Below are positions 8,334 to 17,377 of a DNA stretch of 64,000 nt, one piece after another (the first letter of the stretch is position 1; each line of letters begins with the position of its first letter). The translations under genes and the position numbers were made by a program. This stretch comes from an uncultured Eubacteriales bacterium. GTDB taxonomy: Bacteria; Bacillota; Clostridia; Christensenellales; CAG-138. The stretch is taken from contig UREK01000007.1 in the NCBI GenBank assembly GCA_900546845.1, positions 2,815 to 66,814 on the forward strand, read 5' to 3'. The notes below the pieces were generated by a model. It worked only from the letters and a program-made list of their open reading frames with translations, was not told the DNA's origin and ran no database searches.

Positions 8334-8954
8334 TCATAATGGACTTTGCGGGAGCGTCCCCTCGTTCATCTGCTTCACATGATTGTAAAAATATGTGCGG
8401 CCTACCTGCAGCGTTTCCAGCGCCTGCGGCAGGGTGATCTCCCTTTCCTGCCATTGCCGCGCGACAGCCTCGAAATTCTCCGGCAGCGGCCTGCCCTTTC
8501 TGCCGAAACGCACGCCCCTCGCCTTGGCCGCCGCGATGCCCGCCGCCTGCCGCTCGTGGATGTTCTCCCGCTCCACCTGCGCGACGTAGCTAAGAATCTG
8601 CAAAACCAGATCGGTCATGAAGGTGCCGGTCAAATCCTTATCCTTCTTGCGGGTGTCCAGCAGGGGCATATCCAAAACCACTACGTCCGCGCCGATCTGC
8701 TTGGTGATCCGCCCCCATTGCTCCAATATCTCCGTGTAATTGCGTCCCAGCCGGTCGATGGAAACAATAAAAAGCGTATCCCCCGCCCGCATACGGCGAA
8801 TCAGCCGGCCATATGCCTGGCGGCAGAAATCCTTGCCGCTCTGCTTTTCCACGATGATCTGCTTTTTCTCCAAGCCTGCATTCATGAGCGCGTTGATCTG
8901 CCGGTCAAGGCGCTGCTCCCTGGTCGATACTCGCGCGTAGCCATACTTGCACAT
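8334..8954 (-). CDS. small serine recombinase (resolvase/invertase family)
   Basis: 206 aa from the internal ATG 8954 (SD upstream). N-terminal YGYARVSTREQRLDRQ catalytic-Ser motif. C-terminal HTH-like tail. Confidence 0.85.
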   Translation of the reverse strand: MCKYGYARVSTREQRLDRQINALMNAGLEKKQIIVEKQSGKDFCRQAYGRLIRRMRAGDTLFIVSIDRLGRNYTEILEQWGRITKQIGADVVVLDMPLLDTRKKDKDLTGTFMTDLVLQILSYVAQVERENIHERQAAGIAAAKARGVRFGRKGRPLPENFEAVARQWQEREITLPQALETLQVGRTYFYNHVKQMNEGTLPQSPL

Positions 8955-9037
8955 TGCACATTTCCCTCCAATCTCCAAAATCAAAAAAGACAACCCGTGT
9001 GAGCCCGTCACATCAGGTTGCCTTTTCTGATTTTGGC

Positions 9038-9874
9038 CTATTCAACTGATTCCTCCGGCATTCTGGCTTTTCGCAAAACGCCGTGCAAAACATATCGCGC
9101 GTTATCGAATTCATAGCTGCAGGTGGACAGCGTCAAAATACGCTCGCCCTGACCCGGCACAACCTTCGTTTCAATACTCGACCGCTCCTTGATGACCTCC
9201 CGCCATGCGTCAAATTCGTCCTCGTCCTGAAAGACGATTTTCCATGCGCCGCTGTCGCTTCGGGCCACATGCCCGGAAAAGATTTCCACCACATACCGCG
9301 CTGTTTCTGTGATCAGCAGAAAGCGGGGATGCTCGTCGTAGTAGCTCTGCTTTTTGAATTTGCTCAGCCCGCCGAACATGGAGCCGTCCTTGCGGTTATG
9401 GGCATAGATGATGCTATGCCCATCCGAAAAATCCCCGACGTTTTCCGCGTCCAAAAACGGGCAGCCGGCTTTGTTTTTCGTTCCGTCAAAGAGGTAATTT
9501 AAGTATTTCGCGTTATCCTCCGCCTGCACCACGGGGTAATTGATCTCGCTGCCCTCCAAAACCAGCCAGCCGACGATTTCGGGATTGATCTCTCGCAGCC
9601 GCTCAAAATCCACCTCCGGCCAGATGATGCCGGGATAATCGTATTCCATGGGCATCGGTGCGGGTGATGGCGTAGCGGCAGAGGGCGGTATTGCGGATGG
9701 CGTCGCAAAACCAGCCGCCGTCTCTGTTGGAGATATGGAAACAAATTCGTCCAGCTTTGTATAGGCCGTGCTGCTTTGCAGGTATTCCCTGCCCTGTACC
9801 CATACATGGTAAGCGGCATAAAGAAACACAGCCATGAGCAAGCAGGCCGTGATTGCGATGCATTTCTTTCTCAT
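9038..9874 (-). CDS. class B sortase (second copy)
   Basis: TM anchor. Motifs EIVGWLVLEGSEINYPVVQAEDNAKYL, IIYAHNRKDGSMFGGL and LSTCSY. Start 9874 is preferred (AAAGGA SD); ATG 9889 is possible. Confidence 0.8.
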   Translation of the reverse strand: MRKKCIAITACLLMAVFLYAAYHVWVQGREYLQSSTAYTKLDEFVSISPTETAAGFATPSAIPPSAATPSPAPMPMEYDYPGIIWPEVDFERLREINPEIVGWLVLEGSEINYPVVQAEDNAKYLNYLFDGTKNKAGCPFLDAENVGDFSDGHSIIYAHNRKDGSMFGGLSKFKKQSYYDEHPRFLLITETARYVVEIFSGHVARSDSGAWKIVFQDEDEFDAWREVIKERSSIETKVVPGQGERILTLSTCSYEFDNARYVLHGVLRKARMPEESVE

Positions 9875-10444
9875 CGTGCGTCCTTTCATGGGTTAGGGCG
9901 GATCGCCCCACCGCTTGCTTTATCCTATCTGCATTCGATAGAACAATCCATATTTAGGATGCGCAGGCCAATAAACCGCCTGCGATCAATACTGGACGCC
10001 CATCTTCGTCCATGTTTGATTTTTTTGTGCAGCCGCGCAGCTTTCTACTGAAAATCGTACCATAAATCCTTTGGTGCGTCAATTAGATGGATTAGCCTAA
10101 ATCCATTACAACGACTTTGCGCCCAGGCGTTAGGCGGTGACATGGACGACCATCCATTTGTCCCTGAAGTCAAGCGCTTAATGGAAACCCGTCCCATGCC
10201 ATATCAGGAGCCAGCCTTTTACGGATTACGGTGCCCGGTGTATATCCATTCTTGTGCGGTTGCACACAAAAACCGGACGCTGTAAAACTCCTGCTGCTTT
10301 TTCCATCGCATACGCTCTTGGCGGGCAAACAATGGAACCGTGAAGGTTTGGCTGCGCTCGCCGCAAGCTGTTGGCTGTTGATTGTATTTTTGCTGTTTGA
10401 TATACTGTGTGCAAAGGAAATTCATATTTATAGGATGGTGTGTT

Positions 10445-10990
10445 TTGAAAAAACAGTTGAAGCTATATGTCCCTGAATACCGCGACCTGTGGTACCGGCA
10501 GAAAATATTGGGCGATGCTGCTACTATGGACTACAATAAAGGGTATGACCTGGATTTCAAGGGATACCATAAAGACAGCGGCTGCATTGAGTTCCCTCCG
10601 GAGCAGTGGAGGGACTGGTATGATTATTTCATCGGGCAGGAGCCGAAGCGGTTTTACGCCTATGTGACCCGCTTGCGGGATGGTGTGTTTATCGGAGAAG
10701 TAAATGTCCATAAAAGCGATTCTGCACCGTGGTATGAGATGGGCATTGTTCTGGAAGCCGGGTTCCGGGGGCAGGGCTATGCCATCGAGGCGTTGGAGCT
10801 GCTTTTGCAGCATGCCTTTGTAACCCTAAATGCAGAGGCTGTCCACAATAATTTTGAGGGTACACGCGAAGCTGCCATTCGCACCCATCTTGCAGTCGGG
10901 TTCACGGAATGTAAAAAGGAAAACGGAATTGTTGAACTGCTGATCACCAGGGAGCAGTATTTCGCAAAACAGGCCGCTTCTCCCTGCTGA
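10445..10990 (+). CDS. GNAT family N-acetyltransferase
   Basis: Acetyl-CoA binding region GIVLEAGFRGQGYAIEALELLLQHAF. Start is uncertain: TTG 10445 is proposed, and the ORF is open from 10382. Confidence 0.7.
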   Translation: MKKQLKLYVPEYRDLWYRQKILGDAATMDYNKGYDLDFKGYHKDSGCIEFPPEQWRDWYDYFIGQEPKRFYAYVTRLRDGVFIGEVNVHKSDSAPWYEMGIVLEAGFRGQGYAIEALELLLQHAFVTLNAEAVHNNFEGTREAAIRTHLAVGFTECKKENGIVELLITREQYFAKQAASPC

Positions 10991-11110
10991 GCCAACGCTG
11001 GGCTCCGAAATAGGAATGCGTTCGCGCCTTGCGGCACGGCGAAGAGAAGCAGAGTGCCGGAGCGAGGATTCTATGCCCATAAAATCCGCGCTTTTCCGGC
11101 AAAAAAGGCG

Positions 11111-11139
11111 TTGACATCGGAAACATGGGATGATAATAT
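11111..11139 (+). promoter_or_regulatory. sigma-70 promoter with extended -10, drives the T-box leader
   Basis: TTGACA (11111-11116), 17 nt spacer, TGATAATAT (TGn + TAATAT 11134-11139). Confidence 0.6.
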
Positions 11140-11145
11140 ATTATG

Positions 11146-11410
11146 TATAAACATTCAAGCGCAAGGAAGAAACCAAGTAGGCGGGCGCTTTGCTCCAAAG
11201 AGAGCTGCCGGGCGGTGCGAGGCAGTGGGGCAGCGTGCGTTGAATACCTTTCGGAGCGGCTTGCTGAACCAATATAGTAGGCAATGCCGGGAGCGCCCGT
11301 TACAGCGCGAGGATATGTCAGTATCCGTTTGAGGCTGCCCTTTGGGGCGGTAAAATGAGGTGGTATCACGGGCCTGCTCGTCCTCTGCAAGATGCAGAGG
11401 ACTTTTTTTA
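11146..11410 (+). promoter_or_regulatory. T-box riboswitch leader (probable Tyr specifier UAC) with terminator
   Basis: Stem I elements: AAGTA 5' specifier-loop side, AGAGAG bulge (11199-11204), GGTGCGA distal loop, and GAA-TAC-C on the 3' specifier-loop side (11242-11248). T-box motif AATGAGGTGGTATCACGGG (11355-11373). Terminator GTCCTCTGCA/TGCAGAGGAC + T7 (11380-11409). Confidence 0.8.
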
Positions 11411-11444
11411 TCCGTACCCAGGAACATAGAAAAAGGAGAAAACA

Positions 11445-13082
11445 ATGGTCATCACGGAATTGTTGGAAAAAAACGCCCGTCTATATGGCGGAGAAACCAG
11501 CATCGTGGAAATCAACCCGTCCGAGGAGCGGGACAAGGCTGTCACATGGCGGGATTACAGCCTCATCGAGCAATCCATGCCGGACGCCCCTTACCGCCGG
11601 GAGATGAGCTGGTCCTCTTTTAACCGGCGGGCGAACCGCTTTGCGAACCTCCTTTTGAGCCGGGGAATCCAGCGCGGCGCCAAGGTAGGCATCCTGCTGA
11701 TGAACTGCCTAGAGTGGCTGCCCATCTATTTCGGGATTTTGAAGGCGGGCTGCGTTGCCGTGCCGTTGAATTTCCGCTATTCGAGCGATGAGATCGAATA
11801 CTGCCTGAACCTCGCGGACGTGGAAGCGCTGGTGTTCGGACCGGAGTTCGTGACGCGGATGGAACCCATCGCAGGCCGGCTTGAGAAGGTGAGGATGATG
11901 TTCTTCGTGGGCAAGGATACGCCTTCCTTTGCGGAATCCTACCGCGGCCTTGCGGGCTATTTTTCCTGGGAGGCTCCTGCGGTGGACCTGACGGAGGAGG
12001 ATCCGGCGGCGATCTATTTTTCCTCCGGCACGACGGGCTTCCCAAAGGCCATCCTGCACAATCACCGCGCGCTTATCAGCTCCTGCATCACGGAGCAGCA
12101 TCACCACGGCCAGACCCATGAGGACGTGTTCCTCTGCATCCCGCCGCTCTACCATACGGGCGCGAAGATGCACTGGTTCGGGAGCCTCTTGTCGGGCAGC
12201 AAAGCGGTGCTTTTGCGGGGTGTGAAGCCGGAGTGGATCTTCCGTACCATCTCCGAGGAAAAGTGCACCATCGTCTGGCTGCTGGTGCCCTGGGCGCAGG
12301 ATATCCTGGACGCGATCGACGCGGGGCGGATCCATTTGGAGCACTGCATGCTCGATCAATGGCGGCTCATGCACATCGGCGCGCAGCCGGTCCCGCCGAG
12401 CCTCATCCGCCGCTGGAAGACCATTTTCCCGCACCATCAATATGACACCAATTATGGCCTCAGCGAATCCACCGGCCCGGGCTGTGTGCACCTCGGCGTG
12501 GAAAACATCGAAAAGGTGGGGGCCATCGGTAGACCCGGCTACCTCTGGCAAGCCCGGATTGTGGATGAAAAGGGGCAGGATGTCCCGCAGGGCCAGGTCG
12601 GCGAGCTGGCGGTGCGGGGCCCCGGCGTGATGCTGTGCTACTACAAAAATCCAGAGGCCACCGCGGAGATCCTCAGGGACGACTGGCTCTTTACCGGCGA
12701 TATGGCGCAGATGGACGAGGACGGGTTCATTTACCTGGTGGATCGAAAGAAGGATGTTATCATCTCCGGCGGCGAGAACCTTTATCCCGTTCAGATTGAG
12801 GATTTTCTCCGGCAGCACGGGAAGATCAAGGATGTGGCCGTGATCGGCCTGCCGGATCATCGGCTGGGAGAGATTGCCGCGGCAGTTATTGAGTGCAAGG
12901 AGGGCGAACCATGCACCGAAGAGGAGATCAACCTTTTCTGCAAGGAGCTGCCGCGCTATAAGCGGCCCCGGAAGATCATTTTCGCCCAGGTACCCCGGAA
13001 TCCCACGGGCAAGATCGAAAAGCCCCTGCTCCGGGAGCGGTATGGCCGCAGCCGGTTGGTGGAGGCGCAGACCACGAACTGA
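11445..13082 (+). CDS. AMP-forming acyl-CoA synthetase (class I adenylate-forming enzyme)
   Basis: 545 aa. AMP-binding signature YFSSGTTGFPKA, plus TGD...DRKKD and PRNPTGKI motifs. Confidence 0.85.
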   Translation: MVITELLEKNARLYGGETSIVEINPSEERDKAVTWRDYSLIEQSMPDAPYRREMSWSSFNRRANRFANLLLSRGIQRGAKVGILLMNCLEWLPIYFGILKAGCVAVPLNFRYSSDEIEYCLNLADVEALVFGPEFVTRMEPIAGRLEKVRMMFFVGKDTPSFAESYRGLAGYFSWEAPAVDLTEEDPAAIYFSSGTTGFPKAILHNHRALISSCITEQHHHGQTHEDVFLCIPPLYHTGAKMHWFGSLLSGSKAVLLRGVKPEWIFRTISEEKCTIVWLLVPWAQDILDAIDAGRIHLEHCMLDQWRLMHIGAQPVPPSLIRRWKTIFPHHQYDTNYGLSESTGPGCVHLGVENIEKVGAIGRPGYLWQARIVDEKGQDVPQGQVGELAVRGPGVMLCYYKNPEATAEILRDDWLFTGDMAQMDEDGFIYLVDRKKDVIISGGENLYPVQIEDFLRQHGKIKDVAVIGLPDHRLGEIAAAVIECKEGEPCTEEEINLFCKELPRYKRPRKIIFAQVPRNPTGKIEKPLLRERYGRSRLVEAQTTN

Positions 13083-13233
13083 CCCGGCATATTATGTATT
13101 TGCTATGGCGCGAAATTTGTATTATTATAAAGGCTAAAAATCCGGCACGCGTTCCCCGCGGAGCCGGATGCACCCGTCGTAAAAAGGCAGGGGCTTTCCC
13201 CGCTTTTGCTTTGAACGTATAAGGAGGATGATC

Positions 13234-14973
13234 ATGAAAACACTCATGCTTGGCAACGAAGCGGTTGCCAGGGGCCTGTATGAGGCGGGCTGTTCCGTGC
13301 TCTCCAGCTATCCTGGCACGCCCAGCACGGAGATCAGCGAAGCCGCCGCAAAGTATCCGGAGATCTATGCCGAATGGGCCCCGAACGAGAAGGTGGCCAT
13401 GGAGACGGCCTTCGGCGCCGCGCTCGCGGGCAAGCGGAGCTTCTGCGGCATGAAGCACGTGGGGCTCAACGTGGCGGCAGACCCGCTGTTTACCATCTCC
13501 TACACCGGCGTGAACGCCGGGATGGTCATCGGCGTGGCGGACGACGCGGGCATGCACAGCTCCCAGAACGAGCAGGATTCCCGCCATTACGCGAAGGCGG
13601 CCAAGCTCCCCATGCTGGAGCCTGCGGACAGCGCGGAGGCGCTCGCATTCGCTAAGCTGGCCTACGAGCTTTCCGAGCGGTTCGATACCCCCGTCCTCCT
13701 GAAGATGTGTACCCGGGTGGCCCATTCCCAAAGCATCGTGGAGACCGGCGAGCGGCAGGAGCCCGCGCCCCGGCCCTATGAAAAAGACCCGAAGAAATAT
13801 ATCATGATGCCGGGCTATGCCAAGCTGCGGCACCCAGCCGTGGAAGCGCGCCTCGCGGCGCTTGCGGAATATGCGGAAACGGCGCCCTGCAACCGGGTCG
13901 AACCGGGCGGGGATCATTCCATCGGCATCATCACTCACAGCACCAGCTATCAATACGTAAAGGAAGCCTGCGGCGATCGCTTCCCCGTGCTGAAATTGGG
14001 CATGGCCTGGCCGCTGCCGGAAAAGCTGATCCGGGAGTTCGCCGCATCCGTATCCCTGCTCGTCGTCGTCGAAGAGCTGGACGGCTTTATTGAAGACCAT
14101 TGCCGGAATCTGGGCCTTGCCCTTGCCGGCAAGGATTATTTCTCCCCCATCGGGGAGCTTTCCCAGAACATCGTGGCGGAGAAGCTCGGCCTCAAGGCCC
14201 ACGAAGGCGTTGCGCTGGAAACGCCCATCCCGCCGCGTCCGCCGGTCATGTGCGCGGGCTGCCCGCACAGAGGGCTGTTCTATACCCTTGCCAAGGGAAA
14301 ATATACCGTCATCGGCGACATTGGGTGCTATACGCTTGGCGCGGTGGCACCGCTCAACGCCATCGATGCGGTGGTCTGCATGGGAGCTTCCATCTCGGGC
14401 CTTCATGGCTTCACCAAGGCCGGCGGCTCCGAGGGGCGCAAGACCGTGGCCGTCATCGGGGATTCCACCTTCATGCACTCGGGCATGACGGGCCTTGTGA
14501 ACGTGGCCTATAACGATTCCAACAGCACCGTCATCATCCTCGACAACTCCATCACCGGCATGACAGGCCATCAGCAGAACCCGACCACAGGCTTTAACCT
14601 CAAGGGCGACCCTGCCGCGAAGGTGGACCTTGAGGCGCTGTGCCACGCCATCGGCATCAACCGCGTCCGGGTAGTGGATCCTTACAACCTTGCCGCCTGC
14701 GAGACTGCGATCAAGGAGGAGACGGAGGCGGAGGAGCCTTCCGTCATCATCTCCCGGCGGCCCTGCGCCCTGCTTAAATATGTGAAGCACAAGGCGCCCC
14801 TTACGGTGGAAGCGGCCGCCTGCAAGGGCTGCAGGATATGCATGAAGATCGGCTGCCCGGCTATCAGCATGGAGGGCGGCAAAGCGAAGGTCGACGCGAC
14901 GCTTTGCACCGGCTGCGGCGTTTGCTCGGAACTCTGTAAATTCGGCGCGCTCTGCGCCGGGAAGGAGGCCTGA
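13234..14973 (+). CDS. iorA: indolepyruvate:ferredoxin oxidoreductase subunit alpha
   Basis: About 580 aa. TPP-enzyme N-terminal pattern (MLGNEAVARGLYEAG...YPGTPSTEI) and a C-terminal 2x[4Fe-4S] motif (CKGCRIC...CPA / CTGCGVCSELC). ATG 13234 has proper SD spacing. Confidence 0.9.
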   Translation: MKTLMLGNEAVARGLYEAGCSVLSSYPGTPSTEISEAAAKYPEIYAEWAPNEKVAMETAFGAALAGKRSFCGMKHVGLNVAADPLFTISYTGVNAGMVIGVADDAGMHSSQNEQDSRHYAKAAKLPMLEPADSAEALAFAKLAYELSERFDTPVLLKMCTRVAHSQSIVETGERQEPAPRPYEKDPKKYIMMPGYAKLRHPAVEARLAALAEYAETAPCNRVEPGGDHSIGIITHSTSYQYVKEACGDRFPVLKLGMAWPLPEKLIREFAASVSLLVVVEELDGFIEDHCRNLGLALAGKDYFSPIGELSQNIVAEKLGLKAHEGVALETPIPPRPPVMCAGCPHRGLFYTLAKGKYTVIGDIGCYTLGAVAPLNAIDAVVCMGASISGLHGFTKAGGSEGRKTVAVIGDSTFMHSGMTGLVNVAYNDSNSTVIILDNSITGMTGHQQNPTTGFNLKGDPAAKVDLEALCHAIGINRVRVVDPYNLAACETAIKEETEAEEPSVIISRRPCALLKYVKHKAPLTVEAAACKGCRICMKIGCPAISMEGGKAKVDATLCTGCGVCSELCKFGALCAGKEA

Positions 14974-14974
14974 A

Positions 14975-15547
14975 ATGGAGACGAAGAACATCATGATCGT
15001 GGGCGTTGGCGGGCAGGGCTCCCTGCTTGCCAGCAAGCTCCTGGGCCGGCTCCTGCTCGGCAGGGGCTATGACGTCAAGGTGTCCGAGGTACACGGCATG
15101 AGCCAGCGCGGCGGCTCCGTCGTGACCTATGTGCGCTTTGGGGAGAAGGTCTATTCCCCCATCATTGATAAGGGGGAGGCGGACTATATCCTCTCCTTTG
15201 AGCTGCTCGAGGCCGCCCGCTGGACGGAATACCTCAAGCCCGGCGGCAAGATCATCACCAACACCCAGCGGGTCAACCCTATGCCCGTTATCACCGGCGC
15301 CGCGGCCTATCCGGGCGGACTCGTGGAGGAGATGCGCGGAAGGGGCATGGATGTGGACGCATTTGACGCGCTTTCCCTGGCGGAGCAGGCGGGGTCTTCC
15401 AAGGCGGTGAACCTGGTTCTTCTCGGCAGGCTCTCCAGATCCGCCGAGTTTAGCGAAGCGGAATGGATGCAGGCCATTGAGACGAGCGTGCCGCCTAAAT
15501 TCCTGGAGCTTAACCGCCGCGCCTTCGCGCTGGGCCGCGGCTCCTGA
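14975..15547 (+). CDS. iorB: indolepyruvate oxidoreductase subunit beta
   Basis: 190 aa. Motif VGVGGQGSLLASKLLG...HGMSQRGGSV, typical of 2-oxoacid:Fd oxidoreductase gamma-like/IorB proteins. Translationally coupled to iorA. Confidence 0.9.
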   Translation: METKNIMIVGVGGQGSLLASKLLGRLLLGRGYDVKVSEVHGMSQRGGSVVTYVRFGEKVYSPIIDKGEADYILSFELLEAARWTEYLKPGGKIITNTQRVNPMPVITGAAAYPGGLVEEMRGRGMDVDAFDALSLAEQAGSSKAVNLVLLGRLSRSAEFSEAEWMQAIETSVPPKFLELNRRAFALGRGS

Positions 15548-15581
15548 AGAATATCCTTTACGACCATTAGAGAGGAACAGT

Positions 15582-16880
15582 ATGGAACGTTACTATCAGC
15601 CAGAGATTGAATGTGCCAGCCGGGAGCAGATCCTTGCCTGGCAGAACGAGCGCCTGCTGCGCCAGGTGCAAAACGTATGGGACAACGTGCCCTATTACCG
15701 CAAAAAGATGGAGGAGAAGGGCCTTAGCCCCAAGGACGTCAAGGGGCTAGAGGATCTGCACAAGCTCCCCTTCCTCACGAAGGACGACCTGCGCGAGGCA
15801 TATCCCTATGGCCTGATGGCCCGCCCCCTGAAGGATTGCGTACGCATCCAGTCCACCTCCGGCACCACGGGAAAGCGCGTCATCGCTTTTTATACCCAGC
15901 ACGATCTTGACATCTGGGAGGATTGCTGTGCCCGGGCGATCGTCGCAGCCGGCGGCACGGATGAGGACGTCTGCCATGTCAGCTATGGCTACGGCCTTTT
16001 CACCGGCGGGCCTGGCCTCAATGGCGGCAGCCATAAGGTGGGCTGCCTGACCCTGCCGATGTCCTCCGGCAATACGGATAGGCAGCTCCAGTTCATGGTG
16101 GACCTTGGTTCCACGATCCTCTGCTGTACGCCTTCCTACGCGGCATACCTGGCGGAATCCGCTGCCGAGCGGGGCATCCGGGATAAACTCAAACTCCGGG
16201 CGGGCATCTTCGGGGCCGAGGCCTGGAGCGAGGAGATGCGCCGGGAGATCGAAAAGGGCCTCGGCATCAAGGCTTACGACATCTACGGCCTCACGGAGAT
16301 CAGCGGCCCCGGCGTGAGCTTTGAATGCTCCGAGCAGACCGGCATGCACATCAATGAAGATCATTTCATCGCGGAGATCATCGACCCCCGCACCGGCGCG
16401 GTGCTGCCCGAAGGGGAAAAGGGCGAACTGGTGTTCACCTCCATCACAAAAGAGGCGTTCCCGCTTCTGCGCTACCGCACGCGGGATATCTGCGTGCTGA
16501 GCCGAAAACCCTGTTCCTGCGGCCGCACGCACGTGAAGATGTCGCGGCCCATGGGCCGCAGCGACGACATGCTCGTCGTCAAGGGCGTGAACGTATTCCC
16601 CTCCCAGATCGAGACTGTCCTTCTGGAGCAGGGTTATGCCGTCAACTACCAGATCATTGTGGACCGGGTCAACAATTCCGATACGCTGGAAGTCCACGTG
16701 GAGATGACGCCGGAGATGTTCTCCGATCAGCTCAGCCACGTGGCGGAGATGGAGAAGCAGCTGGTCAGCGCTTTGAAGGCCATGCTGGGCATTTACGCCA
16801 AGGTGCGCCTTGTGGCGCCCAAATCCATCGAGCGCAGCGAAGGGAAGGCTGTCCGCCTGATCGACAAGCGAAAAATTTAA
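15582..16880 (+). CDS. paaK: phenylacetate-CoA ligase family protein
   Basis: 432 aa from ATG 15582. Motifs SSGTTGKRVIAFYT and YGLTEISGPGV, with PaaK-type length and termini. Confidence 0.9.
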   Translation: MERYYQPEIECASREQILAWQNERLLRQVQNVWDNVPYYRKKMEEKGLSPKDVKGLEDLHKLPFLTKDDLREAYPYGLMARPLKDCVRIQSTSGTTGKRVIAFYTQHDLDIWEDCCARAIVAAGGTDEDVCHVSYGYGLFTGGPGLNGGSHKVGCLTLPMSSGNTDRQLQFMVDLGSTILCCTPSYAAYLAESAAERGIRDKLKLRAGIFGAEAWSEEMRREIEKGLGIKAYDIYGLTEISGPGVSFECSEQTGMHINEDHFIAEIIDPRTGAVLPEGEKGELVFTSITKEAFPLLRYRTRDICVLSRKPCSCGRTHVKMSRPMGRSDDMLVVKGVNVFPSQIETVLLEQGYAVNYQIIVDRVNNSDTLEVHVEMTPEMFSDQLSHVAEMEKQLVSALKAMLGIYAKVRLVAPKSIERSEGKAVRLIDKRKI

Positions 16881-16894
16881 AGGAGGGAACCAGC

Positions 16895-17326
16895 ATGACG
16901 ATCCATCAAATATCCGTGTTCCTGGAAAACCGGGCGGGACAGTTGGCAGAGATCACCAAAATCCTCTCGGAGCGCCATATCGACCTCCGGGCCCTGAACA
17001 TCGCGGAAACCACTGACTATGGCGTGCTCCGGCTGATCGTGGATCAGCCGGAAGCCGCGGCTTCGATCCTGCTGAGCGAGGGCGTTATCCTTTCCATGAC
17101 GCCGGTGGTGGCTGTCGGGGTTCCCGACCAGCCCGGTGGGCTTGCGGAAGTGCTGCGCCTCATATCCGAGGCGGGCGTCGATGTGGAGTATATGTATTCC
17201 GTATTCGGCCAGGTGAACGGGAAGGCGTATATGATTTTCCGCGTGACGGATACGGATAAGCTCATCGCCATCCTGAATGCAAACGGCATCGCCCCCGCCG
17301 CCGGGGAAGAGCTGGGCATTCATTGA
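16895..17326 (+). CDS. ACT domain-containing protein
   Basis: 143 aa with two ACT-like repeats (ISVFLENRAGQLAEITKILS...; VAVGVPDQPGGLAEVLRLIS...). Confidence 0.8.
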   Translation: MTIHQISVFLENRAGQLAEITKILSERHIDLRALNIAETTDYGVLRLIVDQPEAAASILLSEGVILSMTPVVAVGVPDQPGGLAEVLRLISEAGVDVEYMYSVFGQVNGKAYMIFRVTDTDKLIAILNANGIAPAAGEELGIH

Positions 17327-17377
17327 AACCGGAACCCAGCTGATTGAGACAGAATTGAAAGAAGGATATAAGACATA

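Noticed and set aside
12976-15036. 686-aa antisense ORF across iorA. Further long antisense ORFs lie at 1180..2691, 11709..12860, 15747..16739, 16877..17854, 24051..25943, 32549..34915, 37842..39098, 38426..39376, 40824..42245 and 42443..44014.
   Set aside because: Each overlaps a sense-strand gene with clear family motifs. The translations are Arg/Ala/Gly/Pro-rich with no domains, so I treated them as GC-driven spurious ORFs.
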